A stretch of DNA of 64,000 nt, taken from NCBI RefSeq assembly GCF_006345805.1, contig NC_043002.1, positions 95,418,001 to 95,482,000 on the forward strand, given 5' to 3'. Within the stretch, counting starts at the first letter, position 1; each line of letters begins with the position of its first letter. The notes below the pieces were generated by a model. That model worked only from the letters and a program-made list of their open reading frames with translations. It was not told where the DNA came from and made no database searches. Below are positions 24,719 to 38,005 of this stretch, in pieces. The DNA comes from Octopus sinensis. Taxonomy: Eukaryota. The translations under genes and the position numbers were made by a program.

Positions 24719-24760
24719 CTCTACTGATGAGGTCATAAAGAGATTGAAACATGTCCAGAG
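24719..24760 (+). ncRNA. Minimal type-I hammerhead ribozyme motif, slightly decayed
   Basis: CTCTA-CTGATGA-GGTC-ATAAAGA-GATT-GAA-ACATGT-C-CAGAG; full core, palindromic stem III, GTC cleavage triplet, one mismatch at the base of stem I. Confidence 0.7.
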
Positions 24761-25754
24761 TTGTCTTTCATATGTGCATAAAAGAAAAACAAGAAATTGA
24801 AGGAGTATGTAATAAAACACTTAGTCTAAAGCTCTGAACATATTGCAGAAAATTTAATATTTTTAAAATATTGCTTGTGAGCAAGTATTTGAAATACTAT
24901 ATTCAATGTTTGATATTTTGGCTTGGATGGTCTGATAATCATTGAAAATAAAACTGAATGTGTCAATAGCAACAATTACAACTGTCTCTACAGCAATACT
25001 ATAATCCTTAATTGGTATCAATTGCTTCTTTTTAAGAACTTGTCATTGATTCCAGTTATCTTATGTTGTATCATTGATTTTGACTCACACAGGTCATATC
25101 AAACTATTTAACTTTATTCCCCACTTCTATTTCAACTAACTACAGGCAGTGTTTGAGGATTTTTTCTTTTGTTTTTGTTTTAGTTTTGTGGTACAGTATG
25201 TAATTCTATAGAGTAGAGAATGGTATAATTCTATATTGAAGCCTTAAAGCATTGGGAACTTGCTTCTTTAGATTTAATAAGATTAATGTGTTGGAAAAAT
25301 AAAGATGAATTGAATCCCAGATAGATGATGAAACAGGCCTCTGAACTTTGGCAAAAATCAATAAAGTTGATATATATATGTGTGTGTGTGTGCGTGTAGA
25401 TAATGATTTCTTTTATTGGTCACAATACCAAGCATAATGGCTTCTACATATATCATCATCATCATCATCATCATCATCATTTTTATGGCCGCTTTTCCAA
25501 GTTTGCATGGGTCAGATAAAGTTTGAAGCAGATTTTCTACAACTGGATGCCTTTCCTGTTGCAAACCTTCATCTGTTTCCAAGCAAGGTAATGGTTTCCC
25601 CATGACTAAACATGTTCTTACAGAATATTGGGAATGAATGACATTGCTTGTATGGCAGTGACTATCATTTTACAATTATCACGCAATGTGAAGACAAGGA
25701 GACACAAATATACAAACACTCACATACATACATACCTATATATACATATCACAT

Positions 25755-26170
25755 CATCATCATCATTTAACGCCCATTTCCCATGCTAGCATGGGTTGGA
25801 TGGTTTGCCCAGGGTCTGGGGAGCCAGGAGGCTGCACCAGGCTCCAGTCTGATCTGGCAGTGTTTCTACAGCTGGATGCCCTTCTTAATGTCAGCCACTC
25901 TGTGAGTGTAGTGGGTGCTTTTTACATGTCAACAGCACAGATGCCAGGGGAGGCTGGCAATGGCCACGATCGGTTGGTACTTTTTACGTGCTACCGGCAC
26001 AGAAGCCAGTCAAAGCGGTGCTGGCATCGGTCATGTTTGGATGGTGCTTTTTACATGCCACTGGCATGGGTATCACAACTACAATTTCCATTTGATTTTT
26101 ATTTTGAAGTTGATGTACTTGACTCAGTAGGTCACCTCAGGCACAGCACGTCACCCTACAATCCAAGGTA
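25755..26170 (-). mobile_element. RTE-type 3'UTR with (GAT)n tail (family E)
   Basis: Closely similar to 42985-43265. Confidence 0.85.
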
Positions 26171-26179
26171 TATATATAT

Positions 26180-26225
<46 letters not shown>

Positions 26226-26262
26226 TATATATATATACATACATATATATACATATATATAT

Positions 26263-26377
<115 letters not shown>

Positions 26378-26599
26378 CAGTGCTACCACACAGTACAAGT
26401 TTAATTGTTTAATTCATTCCACGACCTAACTCATCTTACTATTTACTCATTTTACAAATCAATCTTACCCATTGAAATTAACTAAAATATAATTAATCTG
26501 TTCCAGCTCCCCAAACCCAGTCAAAAATAAATTTTTATTGGTTTTAAAGCAGAAAAGATGTAGTCACAAGTAAAATGACAATTATAAAAAAGAGAAAAC

Positions 26600-27040
26600 T
26601 GAATCACCTTAAAGATGGGACAATTTGTGCACGAGGAAGATGATGGAGTTGGGAGGAGGAGGACTTCTGTTTGGAAGGAGATTCTCTTTGTATTAAGACT
26701 TTAGGAAGAACAATTTCTGATGTTTTCTCCCTCACTTTGCTAAATTTAGGCTTTTTGGACACACTTTCTTCACTTTCTACACTTGCAGATCGTTTCATTA
26801 GAAACATATCAAGAAAAAGTCTGTTTTTTCTTGCCTTTCAAAACGTTACGAAAATGCACAAGAGCAGAGTCATTAAATAAAGCAGCTGCATGACCTCTAG
26901 ATACTTTTTCAGGATGATATTCTTCTACAAATTCAGAAACATACAGCCACTTCACCAACACTGCCTTTATGTCATTCATAGAGATAACATTTCTTCTTCT
27001 CAGCACCATCTTTTGCACTAACTTTCTTAGGACCCATCGC
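26600..27040 (-). pseudogene. Tigger/pogo transposase C-terminal fragment
   Basis: EYHPEKVSRGHAAALFNDSALVHFRNVLKGKKKQTF / FLMKRSAS...KKPK matches the Tigger C-terminal motif HPEKV..RA..LFND..L.HFRNILK. Confidence 0.85.
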
Positions 27041-27091
27041 TAACACAACTAATTATTATAAAATGATAGCAAAAAATGCACAAAACTAAAC

Positions 27092-27503
27092 AGGAGTGGC
27101 TGTGTGGTAAGTAGCTTGCTAACCAACCACATGGTTCTGGGTTCAGTCCCTCTGCGTGGCATCTTGGGCAAGTGTCTTCTGCTAGAGCCCCGGGCCGACC
27201 AATGCCTTGTGAGTGGATTTGGTAGACGGAAACTGAAAGAAGCCTGTCGTATATGTGTATATATATATATGTATGTGTGTGTATATGTTTGTGTGTCTGT
27301 GTTTGTCCCCCGAGCATTGCTTGACAACCGATGCTGGTGTGTTTACGTCCCCATCACTTAGTGGTTCAGCAAAAGAGACCGATAGAATAAGTACTGGGCT
27401 TACAAAAGAATAAGTCCTGGGGTCGAGTTGCTCAACTAAAGGCGGTGCTCCAGCATGGCCACAGTCAAATGACTGAAACAAGTGAAAGAGTAAAAGAGAG
27501 TAA
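27092..27503 (+). mobile_element. SINE family A, full-length young copy
   Basis: Near-identical to 44551-44940 and 62615-62969. Confidence 0.92.
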
Positions 27504-27754
27504 AAACACTGGGAAAAACACAACAGTGATACTGCCCACAGCAAGATAAACATGTGAACTGAGTGAGTGGAGACCATACTTGTGAGAGCATGCATGAGCT
27601 CAGTGACAATTAGCGGTCGCTTGTATGAAACTCACTTGTACTGCAGATTTTTCCTGGTACTTTAAGACAAAAATTTACATGAGTCTCAGCTCATACAGCA
27701 AATTACTCATACAATGGAATGCTTGTACTGCGAGGTTCTACTATATATATATAT

Positions 27755-28136
27755 GGAAGCACTCCGTCGGTTACGACGATGAGGGTTCCGGTTGATCCGA
27801 ATCAACGGAACAGCCTGCTCGTGAAATTAACGTGTAAGTGGCTGAGCACTCCACAGACACATGCACCCTTAACGCAGTTCTCGGGGATATTCAGCGTGAC
27901 ACAGAGAGTGACAAGGCCAGCCCCTTGAAATACAGGTACAACAGAAACAGGAAGTAAGAGTGAGAGAAAGTTGTGGTGAAAGAGTACAGCAGGGATCACC
28001 ACCATCCCCTGCCAGAGCCTCGTGGAGCTTTTAGGTGTTTTCACTCGATAAACACTCACAACGCCCGCTCTGGGAATCGAAACCGCGATCCTATGACCGC
28101 GAGTCCGATGCCCTAACCACTGGGCCATTGCGCCTC
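27755..28136 (-). mobile_element. SINE family B, inserted in (TA)n
   Basis: Near-identical to 22501-22888; flanked by ctatatata on both sides. Confidence 0.92.
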
Positions 28137-28164
28137 TATATATATATATATGTGACTGTCTTTT

Positions 28165-28410
28165 TTCAGTTTCTTATTTCTTTACTGGCCTGAAGAGGCT
28201 AAACATAGAGGGGACAAACAAGGACAGACAAACGGATTAAGTTGATTACATCGACCCCAATGCCTAACTGGTACTTAATTTATCGACCCTGAAAAGATGA
28301 AAGCCAAAGTCGACCTCGGTGGAATTTGAACTCAGATCGTAACGGCAGACAAAATACGGCTACACATTTCGCCCGGGGTGCTAACAATTCTGCCAGCTCA
28401 CTGCCTTAAC
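28165..28410 (-). mobile_element. SINE family C
   Basis: Matches 34759-34991 and the reverse complement of 5887-6110. Confidence 0.8.
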
Positions 28411-28944
28411 CAGCTTGCTGCCTTCAGTTTTTTTCACTCTTTTTTCAGTTTCTGTCTACAAAAATCTATTCAGAAGGCTTTACTCAGCTCAAGACTACAG
28501 TAGAAGACATTTTCCCAAGGTGTCACACAGTAGGACTGATCCCGTAATCTCATCGTCAGGAAGCAAACATCTTACCACACATAATGCCAAGTATAATGGC
28601 ATACACAATTATACACACACACGCACATACTTGGCATTATCAACCCAGGGAAAGCGTTTCACAAGGTCTCTTATTTGGTAATATTATGATTCCTGAAGAA
28701 GCTAGGGGTAGAAAAATGGTTTATGAAAGCCAGACAAGCAATGCACAGTGCGCTGTCATTAAGATGAGAGTTAGCAATGAGTATAGCAATGCATTTAACA
28801 TACAAGTTTGAGTTCACCAGGGTTCAGTTCTCAGTCTCTGGAGGAGATAAGTGACAGTAATAGGAGGACAATGTGAAGTGTAGGTAGAAAAAAAGCATCA
28901 TTTACAACACCTTAATATGTAGTAAAGTAAAGGTAAAGTTATCT

Positions 28945-29185
28945 TCTCAAGTCAAATTGATTCATGAGTTCCGATTTCCTGGTTTTATGGCGTATATATT
29001 CCCTTCCTGGATGGGGTAACGGTCCATCATAGGATTACCAATTTTTGCCAGCTGAGTGGACTGGAGCAACATGAAATGAAATGTTTTGCTCAAGAACACA
29101 ACATGTGGCCTAGTTCAGGAATTGAAACCACAATCTTACAATCATGAGTCCAGCACTCCTAACCACTAAGCCACGTGCTTTCACT
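28945..29185 (-). mobile_element. SINE family D
   Basis: Matches 15375-15620. Confidence 0.7.
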
Positions 29186-29239
29186 CTAAGTGAATAGTGC
29201 CACAATTAGAAGAGTGATTGTGAGACAGATGTTACTAGA

Positions 29240-30470
29240 TCAATTTCAAGAGAATGTTTGCCAGGACCTCGTTTTGCTGAGAGGGATGGGTCTTTACAAG
29301 TACAGCATACTGCCAATCATCTGAGTTCTTTATGGTCTCTGTGAGGTTTAACATCATTAGGCTGGTCTTCACTTTTTCATGCCACATTTTACTGGATCTC
29401 ACTCTTACACAAGTTTCATCGATGTTAAACAAGCGACATTTCTTTATGCAGCTGTCATTATCAATTTGCATCACATAACCATTCCAGCACAGTCTTCTCT
29501 CTTGCTCACCTCATCTGATGGATCTTATGCCCAATTTTTCTCTGAACACATTTGCACATCCAGCGAAGCATACCAGCTTAATTTCTTTCTAGTCTTTTCA
29601 TATCTCCTGCATTTATAGTTCAAGTTTCACAACCATGTAGCATTTCTGTTCATACACTAACATCATACTTTCTGTTTTTCTCTTTGAGAGAGAAGCTTCT
29701 ATTACCAACAGAGATAATAACTTTCTGACCTTTCCCAATCCCGTTCTTATTCTAGCAACTATATTTTCAAAACATCCACTGCTACTGCTAAGTAAGTTTC
29801 CCTGATAACAAACAGAAACTACCTATTACCTCTAAGGATCTTCCAGTGCATGCAAGAAAATATATTTCCTGTTTATTCTTTGTGTTTATTATTCCTATGT
29901 ATCTGCCACAAAGTATACTTCCTCTGTTTATCTTCCTATGATTCCACTGCACTTCTTGAGTGTTCATAGCTTGCACTGAGTGCATTGTAGGGAATTTCAA
30001 CCTATACATATCCTACATACCAAACAGACCCATAGTTTACTATCTGTTTCCTTGCTTAGTGAAACTTTGGTTTTTCTTAGGTTAACTTCAAGGCCCTTTT
30101 ATTCCAAGTTTTGCTTCCACACTTAAAATTTCTTTTTAAATTCTACTGCAGTTTCAGCTATAAAAACAAAGTCATCAACATAGAGAAGTTCCCATGGGCA
30201 ACCAGTCTTAAATTCCACTGTTATGGCTTGGAGGACTGTCATCAAATAGGGTAGGGACTGATAACCGAGCCCTGGTGAGCTACCTGTGCACACTAAATCT
30301 ATTGCTGTACTTGTTGCTCTCACTTAACTGACAACACAGTGCACATGGCTTGAATGGCTTCCACAAGCCATTCATCTACTTCTAATTTGCACAGCAACCA
30401 CCTGATCAAAGGGAAAGGAACCTCATGGAAGGCTTTCTCCAAGATGACAAATGTCAAGTATAGCAAAATT
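29240..30470 (-). pseudogene. RTE-clade LINE reverse-transcriptase pseudogene fragment
   Basis: ...VLQAITVEFKTGCPWELLYVDDFVFIAE... (YADD-type RT motif), then decayed C-terminus ...VRVRSSKMWHEKVK. Confidence 0.85.
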
Positions 30471-32399
30471 TCGGCCTTGGTAAGAATTATTTCTCTCTTA
30501 GTAATATCTTTTAGTGTTGATTAAAAGAAGCTCTTTTTGTTTTGCTGGAAATCATTTTATCCATTATCCTTTGACTATTGAAAATCTTTTACTCACTCTG
30601 ATTATGACAACAATCGGAAGATATTTTGTCATTTTCATTGATGTTTTCTAAGATCTGATCATTAGTTCAAGTCTGCTAACAGCATCATCAGATGCATCTT
30701 GAAATTTTTGGAGTCTTGTTAAGATGAAGCTAAAGTATTTTCAAGCCAAGAATAAATTCGAGGAAAAAATTTTTTGCTTTTCTAACCAGTCAAAAAAAAA
30801 AATATATATATTGTGACAAGTTGAACGAATTCAGCACATTTAGGTCAACTGATTCAATGATTTGCATAAATATGTGAAGTTACAGAGCTACTTGACTAAT
30901 TGTTAACATGAACAAATGAATGAAAAAGTGTGTTTTTTCTCTTACTTGTGAACATTTTTTCCCCCTTTTACAAATGAACTTTTTTTCCATTTAAATTTGA
31001 ATAATCTTTTGAATTCTACCTGTGGGATAATTTAAACATTTCTTTTTTAATATGTCAAAAACTGATTAACTTTACACATGAAACATCTTAACCCTTTGTA
31101 GCATCTTTTGAACTATGTGAGAGGCAGAAAGGAATGAGAGAAAGAAAGTGGGTATAAATGAATAGATTCAGGAAACACTATTAAAGAATGGAAATACATT
31201 AGGTTGTGTATGATTTAAAATAGGTAAGTGCAAAGAGAAGATTCTGTCAGACACTGGTATAACATGTATAAAAATCTTATTGAATATACAAAAGATATAT
31301 CTATGCTGTATTTGAGCATTTCTAAGCATCACCTCTAAATATCCTACAGCAGTTGTGTTTAAAAATTCACAGTCAGAAACATTAATCTGAAATATAACTG
31401 AATCAAATCCACTAGAGAAACCTATTTATTCTTAGGATCTGCTTTCAACTTCAGTTCAAGTGTCATCTTATCCACTTCCAATACCCATTTTAAACATCTA
31501 AGAAGCTTGAAAAATTTCAGCTCCACTTTGTTATCTGTAAGAGCTATAAAAGTGGTACATTTTATAGTATTTGTTATAGTATAGATATTGACAAAGCAAA
31601 AATGTAATATTTATTCGTATGATTTCTCTTCAAATAACCATCTTATAGAACATGAATTATCAGCTGTGATCTTTTGATTCAGGAAAGATTTTCAATCATT
31701 ATTAAATCTTAAGTTAATGGAGTAAATTGGTTTATATTTTGAATATTCTATTTGTTAATATGTAAATGTAACTAGTTTAGGTCTACATATTGTAATCATC
31801 CAACAGGTTTATGATATTATTGTTTATGATGTTGCATGCATGTTCCATGCTTGCACATGGCGAGAACTATTTAAAGTGAGAATCAGTATGATGTTAAATA
31901 TAGTTCCATTGTGTGCCCTGGCAATAATATTGGTTAACAACAATACTCATTTATAACAAATATCCATAGTTTTGGACTTGTTGTGGACTTAACATAAATA
32001 TCATTAGCACAAAAATTAGTGGCAAAGATTTACAACTTTCGTAAACAACTAACAACACTGAAATGGACTCCGGTAAACTCTTTAACCTTGAAAATATAGA
32101 CATGGCTGATACAGTTTGGCTCAAAACTGCTTATAGATAGTCAGTGCTAAGGCTGAAATGGTTCAGCCAAAATTCTTTATATTATGAGGCATCAATGTTA
32201 TCCTTGAACTGAAAGCTGTGCAATATCCTACGAGAATTCAAGATTGTACATTTGAAGATTTAACATGCTGTTGAAAAAAATTAATGATATTCATAGAAAG
32301 ACTTATCTCAGACCAGTTGAAAGTTTTTAACAAAAAAGCATTGTTCATTATTCTTTATGAAAAATTTTCACAGTTAAAAATGATCTAGAAGCAGAAGTT

Positions 32400-33303
32400 A
32401 TAAATTTGGCAGGGTGATCAACCAGACTTATGCACTGGGGTATTGTCCTGATGAAACAAGACCCCTTTTGTCAGTTTTGCTGGTCATTTCGTCTTGACAG
32501 TCTTTCATAACTGCTTCAATAAGTTGGCATAATACTCTCCATTGATGATTTGACCCTTTCAAAGAGAGTAATAAACACAATGCCTTCTGCATCCCAAAAA
32601 ACTAAGGCCTTCATCTTCCCTGAAAATGAAATAACCTTGGCCTTCTTTGGAGTGGGTGAAGAGGGGTGTTTCCACTGCAAGGATTGTCTCTTTGTCTCTG
32701 GTTCAAAGTGATGGCCCTAACACTCATCCTTGGTTAGGAAATATTTGAGGAAACCTGCTGGATTTACCTCAAACCTACTTTCATCATGCCAACTTCATTG
32801 TGCAGAATATTCTCAACTCTCTCACAGAATATGCTAATAGCATTGGCTAGATGATTTGTAGTCAGTTGCCCGTCATCCTTCAGCATGTAATGAACATGAT
32901 CAATGTTTTCCTTGCCGATGGCAGCTGCAGGATGTCCAGACCTTTGGGTCATTTTCAAAACTCTCCTTTCCTCTCCAAAATTCAGCTGCCCACTTTTGCA
33001 TTGTTGTTAAAGCTGGATCATCACCCTCTAATGTTGCAACAACACCAGCATCAAAGTTGTTGGGAGCTTAATCCCTTTTTCTGAAGGTACTTGATAACAC
33101 CAAAATGCCAAATTTTGTCCATTTTCAAGAGGAGTTGATACTAACTACTTTTGAAGTCTTCTTTGAACAGTCAGACGTCAGTTTACTTGGAAAGAAACAA
33201 TGCAGTTATTAATAAGAAGAGTTGAAATTAATGCATGCAAGATTTCACAGCTCTAGCATCACTCCTTCATTGTCAGCCTATGAACTTTTTCAGCTCAACC
33301 TCA
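32400..33303 (-). pseudogene. Mariner transposase pseudogene (3'-truncated) nested in the Gypsy relic
   Basis: TIR-like TA|TGAGGTTGAGCTGAAAAAGTTCATAGGC at the right end; MDKIWHFGVIKYLQKKG..., RSGHP...VHYMLKDDGQLT, HFEPETKRQSLQWKH, VFWDAEG motifs. Confidence 0.88.
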
Positions 33304-34664
33304 TAATGATGAACTAATTCTTGCTGATGTTTAGACTGTTAACAGTATAAATGTATCATCTTAACATTTGTACTATTGATGTTTGCTTAAAGAATTATAT
33401 TGATGAGAAAGGTTAGTTTAAACCAACTCTTTTAGAATGATAATTTGTTTGACATTTTTGTAAACAGACCATAGAAAACAACCTTATTTGTAATGGCATA
33501 ACAAGTGCCCCTTATCCGGCAAAAATTCTTTATGCAATTCATGATACATACATGAATGTACAATAAACACTGAAGAAAGTAAGCACTCATGTTTGGTGGC
33601 CAAATTTCGATAGAGATACAAAAATGTATGCAAGACTGTGTAGGTTGTATGTTGCAGTTAGATTCAAAAGTATCCCTTATACTATTAAATGACTTAATTA
33701 TAACCTGTGGCAACATTATATTTGGACTGGGTATATATACAAAGTGTTGGGAAATGCATTGATGATAAGTGATTCAGCCTCTACTGAGGTTGCAGCTTTT
33801 TTTTTATGTTCTAGTAGGAGCTTGGAAATGTAAAGAAATATCTGTTTACCATTTTCTTTAGATTTGACATTCGTGTATCAATGGTATTAGAACAATAAAC
33901 CAGAATTCATGCAATTAAATCACTGGTTAAATTGAATTTGTTGCACAAGAATAAAGAATTGTACACTCCAAATTCTAATGGTGCAGCAGAGAGAGCTGTA
34001 CAAACAGAATCGAATTTGCAGTAATTTTTTACAGTCTGTCAACTGGAAAGTTTGATGAGTATTTGCTAAAGGGTGTTTTTAACTATAGTAGTGCATCTGG
34101 TGCATGCAAGTTATCTCCAGTGGAGAAATTACTAAGCAGACAGTTAACAGTAGCAGTAAACTCTTTCTACAACATTGGACAAATGGTTCATTACAAGAAC
34201 AATATAATGAAATTTCCACATAAGCACAACCTGAATTAAACATGAAATGAAAAAGCTGTTAGCTTCAAAATATCTTTCCTTTAACACATCAGCTGATCAT
34301 AATGGGTCAACAGCAGTCGCTTCTCTATCTCCTGTAGAACTGTTGTTTGATCATATGCTTTCTTATAATAATGCTTATAACAGGTCAAAATCATCAATTT
34401 CTCCAGCTACTGCTTCAGCTAATGTTCAATCTCCAACACCTCCCACACTGCTGACATTACTAAATCATGCTAATCCTCACTGCAACTTAATTAGATGTAT
34501 AATACCACCATGTAAGAGCTGCAGAATTACAAAGGGAATTCAAAAGCTACAAAGATGTAATGACTAACATAATTTATCTCTGATTGTTAAAGTTATGTTA
34601 TAGTTAGAGTTTTTGTTCTATCATTAGTGTGTAGCTATATCCGCCAACATCTGCCCACTGTATT

Positions 34665-34758
<94 letters not shown>
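34665..34758. repeat. (CT)n/(TATC)n microsatellite
   Basis: Direct inspection. Confidence 0.95.
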
Positions 34759-34759
<1 letters not shown>

Positions 34760-34991
34760 CATTTCTTTATTACCCACAAGGGGCTAAACATAGAAGGGAC
34801 AAACAAGGACAGACATAGGTATTAAGTCGATTAAATCGACCCCAGTGCGTAACTGGTACTTAATTTATCGACCCCGAAAGGATGAAAGGTAAAGTCGACC
34901 TTGGCGGAATTTGAACTCACAACGTAACGGCAGACGAAATACCGCTAAGCATTTCGCCCGACGTGCTAACGTTTCTGCCAGCTCACCGCCT
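34759..34991 (-). mobile_element. SINE family C, young full-length copy inserted in (TATC)n
   Basis: CpG-intact; tatctatct on both sides. Confidence 0.85.
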
Positions 34992-35947
34992 TTTGTATCT
35001 ATCTATCTATCTATCTAATGTTGTCGCATGTATTTTGCATGCTTGCACATGGCTATAACTTTTTAAAGTCTTGACCACATCAATGCTAAACACAGCATAT
35101 CTAGATAACATCGGTAAATCATAAAACTCTGTTTTCAACATATTTTCGAACTGTTGTGCACTTAAATCCACGACATATTAAACAAAATATATTTCTTTGT
35201 AACTGTTTACACAAATAATGTAACAAACCATATCTTCACAACTGTTTTAGATAGAATACCAAAGAGTAGTGTAATTGGTAGATTGTAGATATATTACTTC
35301 ATGGTGCACTGAGTGCATTATTGATACAGTACTGAATATAACTAAGAAATGTTTTATACTAATAAACAGAAAGTAATTTATTTTCTGTTTTATGTACTTG
35401 ATTGTTTTCATAATTAATAATTTATCACAAAAGTAAATCTCGACTTATTTTGTTTTGATAATGAACACAAAACAAAAATATAAAAATATATTTGATTTTC
35501 TTTCGTCTTCCTCCTCCGCCCCAACAGCTTATTTTGGAGAATATGAAATAGTTTTTTAATCTTTGTATTGGAATGCATAAAAATCACATGTGTAGCAAGG
35601 ACTGATAAATCAGAAAAGTAAATATGATATGGAACCATCAGCTCATTGCTTTTTGCAATCTAATTCACTGTGGAGAACCTATTGTGTATTAGGATAGTAT
35701 ACTTACTGCTATCTGCCTCACTCCACTTAGCTGCTGAGAATAGATATCAAATCATTTGGAAAAGTTACCTGCAATACCTGCAATATAGATCGAACGTTCA
35801 TCTAAGAAATATCATTTCTTATTCACTTAATACCATACTCTGGACCATAGACATGTAGACTTTTTACTCTGTTTTTTCTACAACTACTACTATAGCCACC
35901 CTTGTTCCATGGTGCTGGCTGGTCTCATGTCATCTCCATGTCATTAA

Positions 35948-36167
35948 CCTTTTCGTTACCAACCCGGCTGAAACCGGCTCTGGCTCTGAGTACAAATGTC
36001 TTGTTTTCATAAGTTTTTAATTAAAATCTTCCACCAAACCTTAGTCACAATTTATGTTTCTAACACTAGCTGAATGATAACTAAGTTATTTTGCTAAATT
36101 CTTTGTTATATTTAAAGTAATTGAAAGAAACACAGAACATCTCAAAATAAATACAGTAATGAAAGGG
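35948..36167. mobile_element. piggyBac-type MITE family 2, uninterrupted
   Basis: TTAA|CCTTTTCGTTAC...GTAATGAAAGGG|TTAA; homolog of 51424-52043. Confidence 0.88.
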
Positions 36168-36281
36168 TTAATCCCAATCTAACCACTATACCCAATTCTT
36201 TCTACCAAGAACATTGGCTTCTGGTGTTCCCTCCACTCTATCCATGTTCTACTTATAGATAGCAAACTTGACACTGTTTAA

Positions 36282-36501
36282 CCCTTTAGTATTTAAACTG
36301 GCCATATCTGGCTGAAGTTTTCTACTTATTTTATGTTTAAACTGACAAGATCAGGCCTTTCACACCTAACCTACATTGACATTCTAAAAATGAACAATCA
36401 CGTCATTGAAACCTCAAAGCTATAAGATAATGCATGATTAATTAAAAACAATTTGAGTGAAAAAGTATTACATTTAACAGAGTAATCTGAACACTAAAGG
36501 G
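36282..36501. mobile_element. piggyBac-type MITE family 1
   Basis: TTAA TSD, CCCTTTAG/CTAAAGGG termini. Confidence 0.9.
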
Positions 36502-37784
36502 TTAAGTGGAAAAATAATTATTCCCATCTCAGAGGGCTTGCATAGGTCAATAAACAATAAACATATGGAAAACAAAAACAAACACTGAAACCAAAAGTAC
36601 TATGTAGTCTTCCTTAGGGAACTCATTTGGGGTTTAGGAGACATTTACCTTTATTGCGGGTATTAGTTGTGGAAACATAATAATGTCATTATAGCGAATA
36701 CACTGTGGCATGTTAAGTTAACATATTTAGTGTAAGGGTAAATAAAGAAATGATTTAATAATGGTTCCATTAATAAACACATTGTTTTGAAGATAGAGTA
36801 AGATCTATTATGGAGAAATTAAACTTTGGTTTATATTCCACATACATTTACTACCAATGAAACAAATTTCAGAAAATTAGACAATCAAATTCTTGTTTGA
36901 TGAAGTGAATAATCAAATCACTTTTGTTATAATCAGAGGGAGAGTCAGTTAATATCACAATATCAAAGACCCTGGTAAAGACTGTGCTTTCTAATATAGA
37001 TTTAAAATATATTTAGGTTCAAAGATTAAACAGGAAAATAAAGCTAAAAATAATACAATAGAATCAGAGTAAAAGGCTTGCTAATGTGTTTTACATTGGA
37101 TATATAGAGATGTAAAATAGTGTTGGTCATAAGAAATGGAAGCAGATACTGGTGGAAGAGTAATTAAAATGACTGAAGATTTGTTCTTAACTGTTGGGTA
37201 TGCCAGAATCATCAGTGGGCCAAATAGAGCATCTTGTGGTATTTTAGCTATGGCTCTAAGTTTTGACTTTAGTTTGGCCAATTTTGCCTTATTTTTATCA
37301 ACTCTGGATAACAGAACAAAAATCAGTTTTATCTTATTACTTGAGGTCTGATAAAATAAAATACCAGTCAAATACTGGAGGGAATTAATCAACTTTGTCC
37401 ACCTTTGAAATATATGATGTTTAGAATCTTTAGAATCAATTATAAAAAGTTAACTAAGACAGGCAATTAAAGATAGGAGGTCAGAGAAGGTAAAGCATCA
37501 GATGAACAATGGTCAGTTGGGAATTCATAACATTGGATGATCAGATTAAGTAAGAAATGCCACTGAAATAATCTAAGATGTGAATTAAGGAAGAACAAAG
37601 AAATGAGAGAAATCAAACAAAAAGACCTTAAGTAGGTCTTGCTTAAAGTGGAATTACCTTGTGACTATGAATAGTATTGAACTACTAACTCATAGGTTTT
37701 TGTGTTCAAATACACTACCCATAGCAGTATAATATTAATTGCTTCAAAGATAAAGAAGAAGGTGAAGTTGATACAAGACTTTAA

Positions 37785-38005
37785 CCCTTTAGCATTTAAA
37801 CTGGCCATATCCGGCCAAAAATATTCTACCTGTTTTATGTTCAAACTGGCCAGATCTGGTCTCTCACACCAACCCTACAATATTGTTTTAAAAATTAACA
37901 GCTACCTCATCAAAATCTCATAGTTACAAGATAATGCATGATTAGTTCAAAATAATGTAGATGAAAAAGCATTAATTTTGGCAGAATAATGCGAACACTA
38001 AAGGG
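37785..38005. mobile_element. piggyBac-type MITE family 1
   Basis: TTAA TSD, CCCTTTAG/CTAAAGGG termini. Confidence 0.9.

Larger units (their letters stand above)
31830..35240 (+). mobile_element. Decayed, internally deleted Gypsy-like LTR retrotransposon
   Basis: Diverged direct repeats starting with TG at ~31830 and ~35019; gag-like ...AVQYPTRIQDCTFEDL... near 32210; integrase-like VWWPNFDRD..Y..LC near 33590 and TPNSNGAAERAVQT near 33965. Confidence 0.6.

Noticed and set aside
31420-31545. Open frames on both strands with possible splice sites
   Set aside because: Cannot choose a strand, no recognisable protein, and the length is compatible with chance
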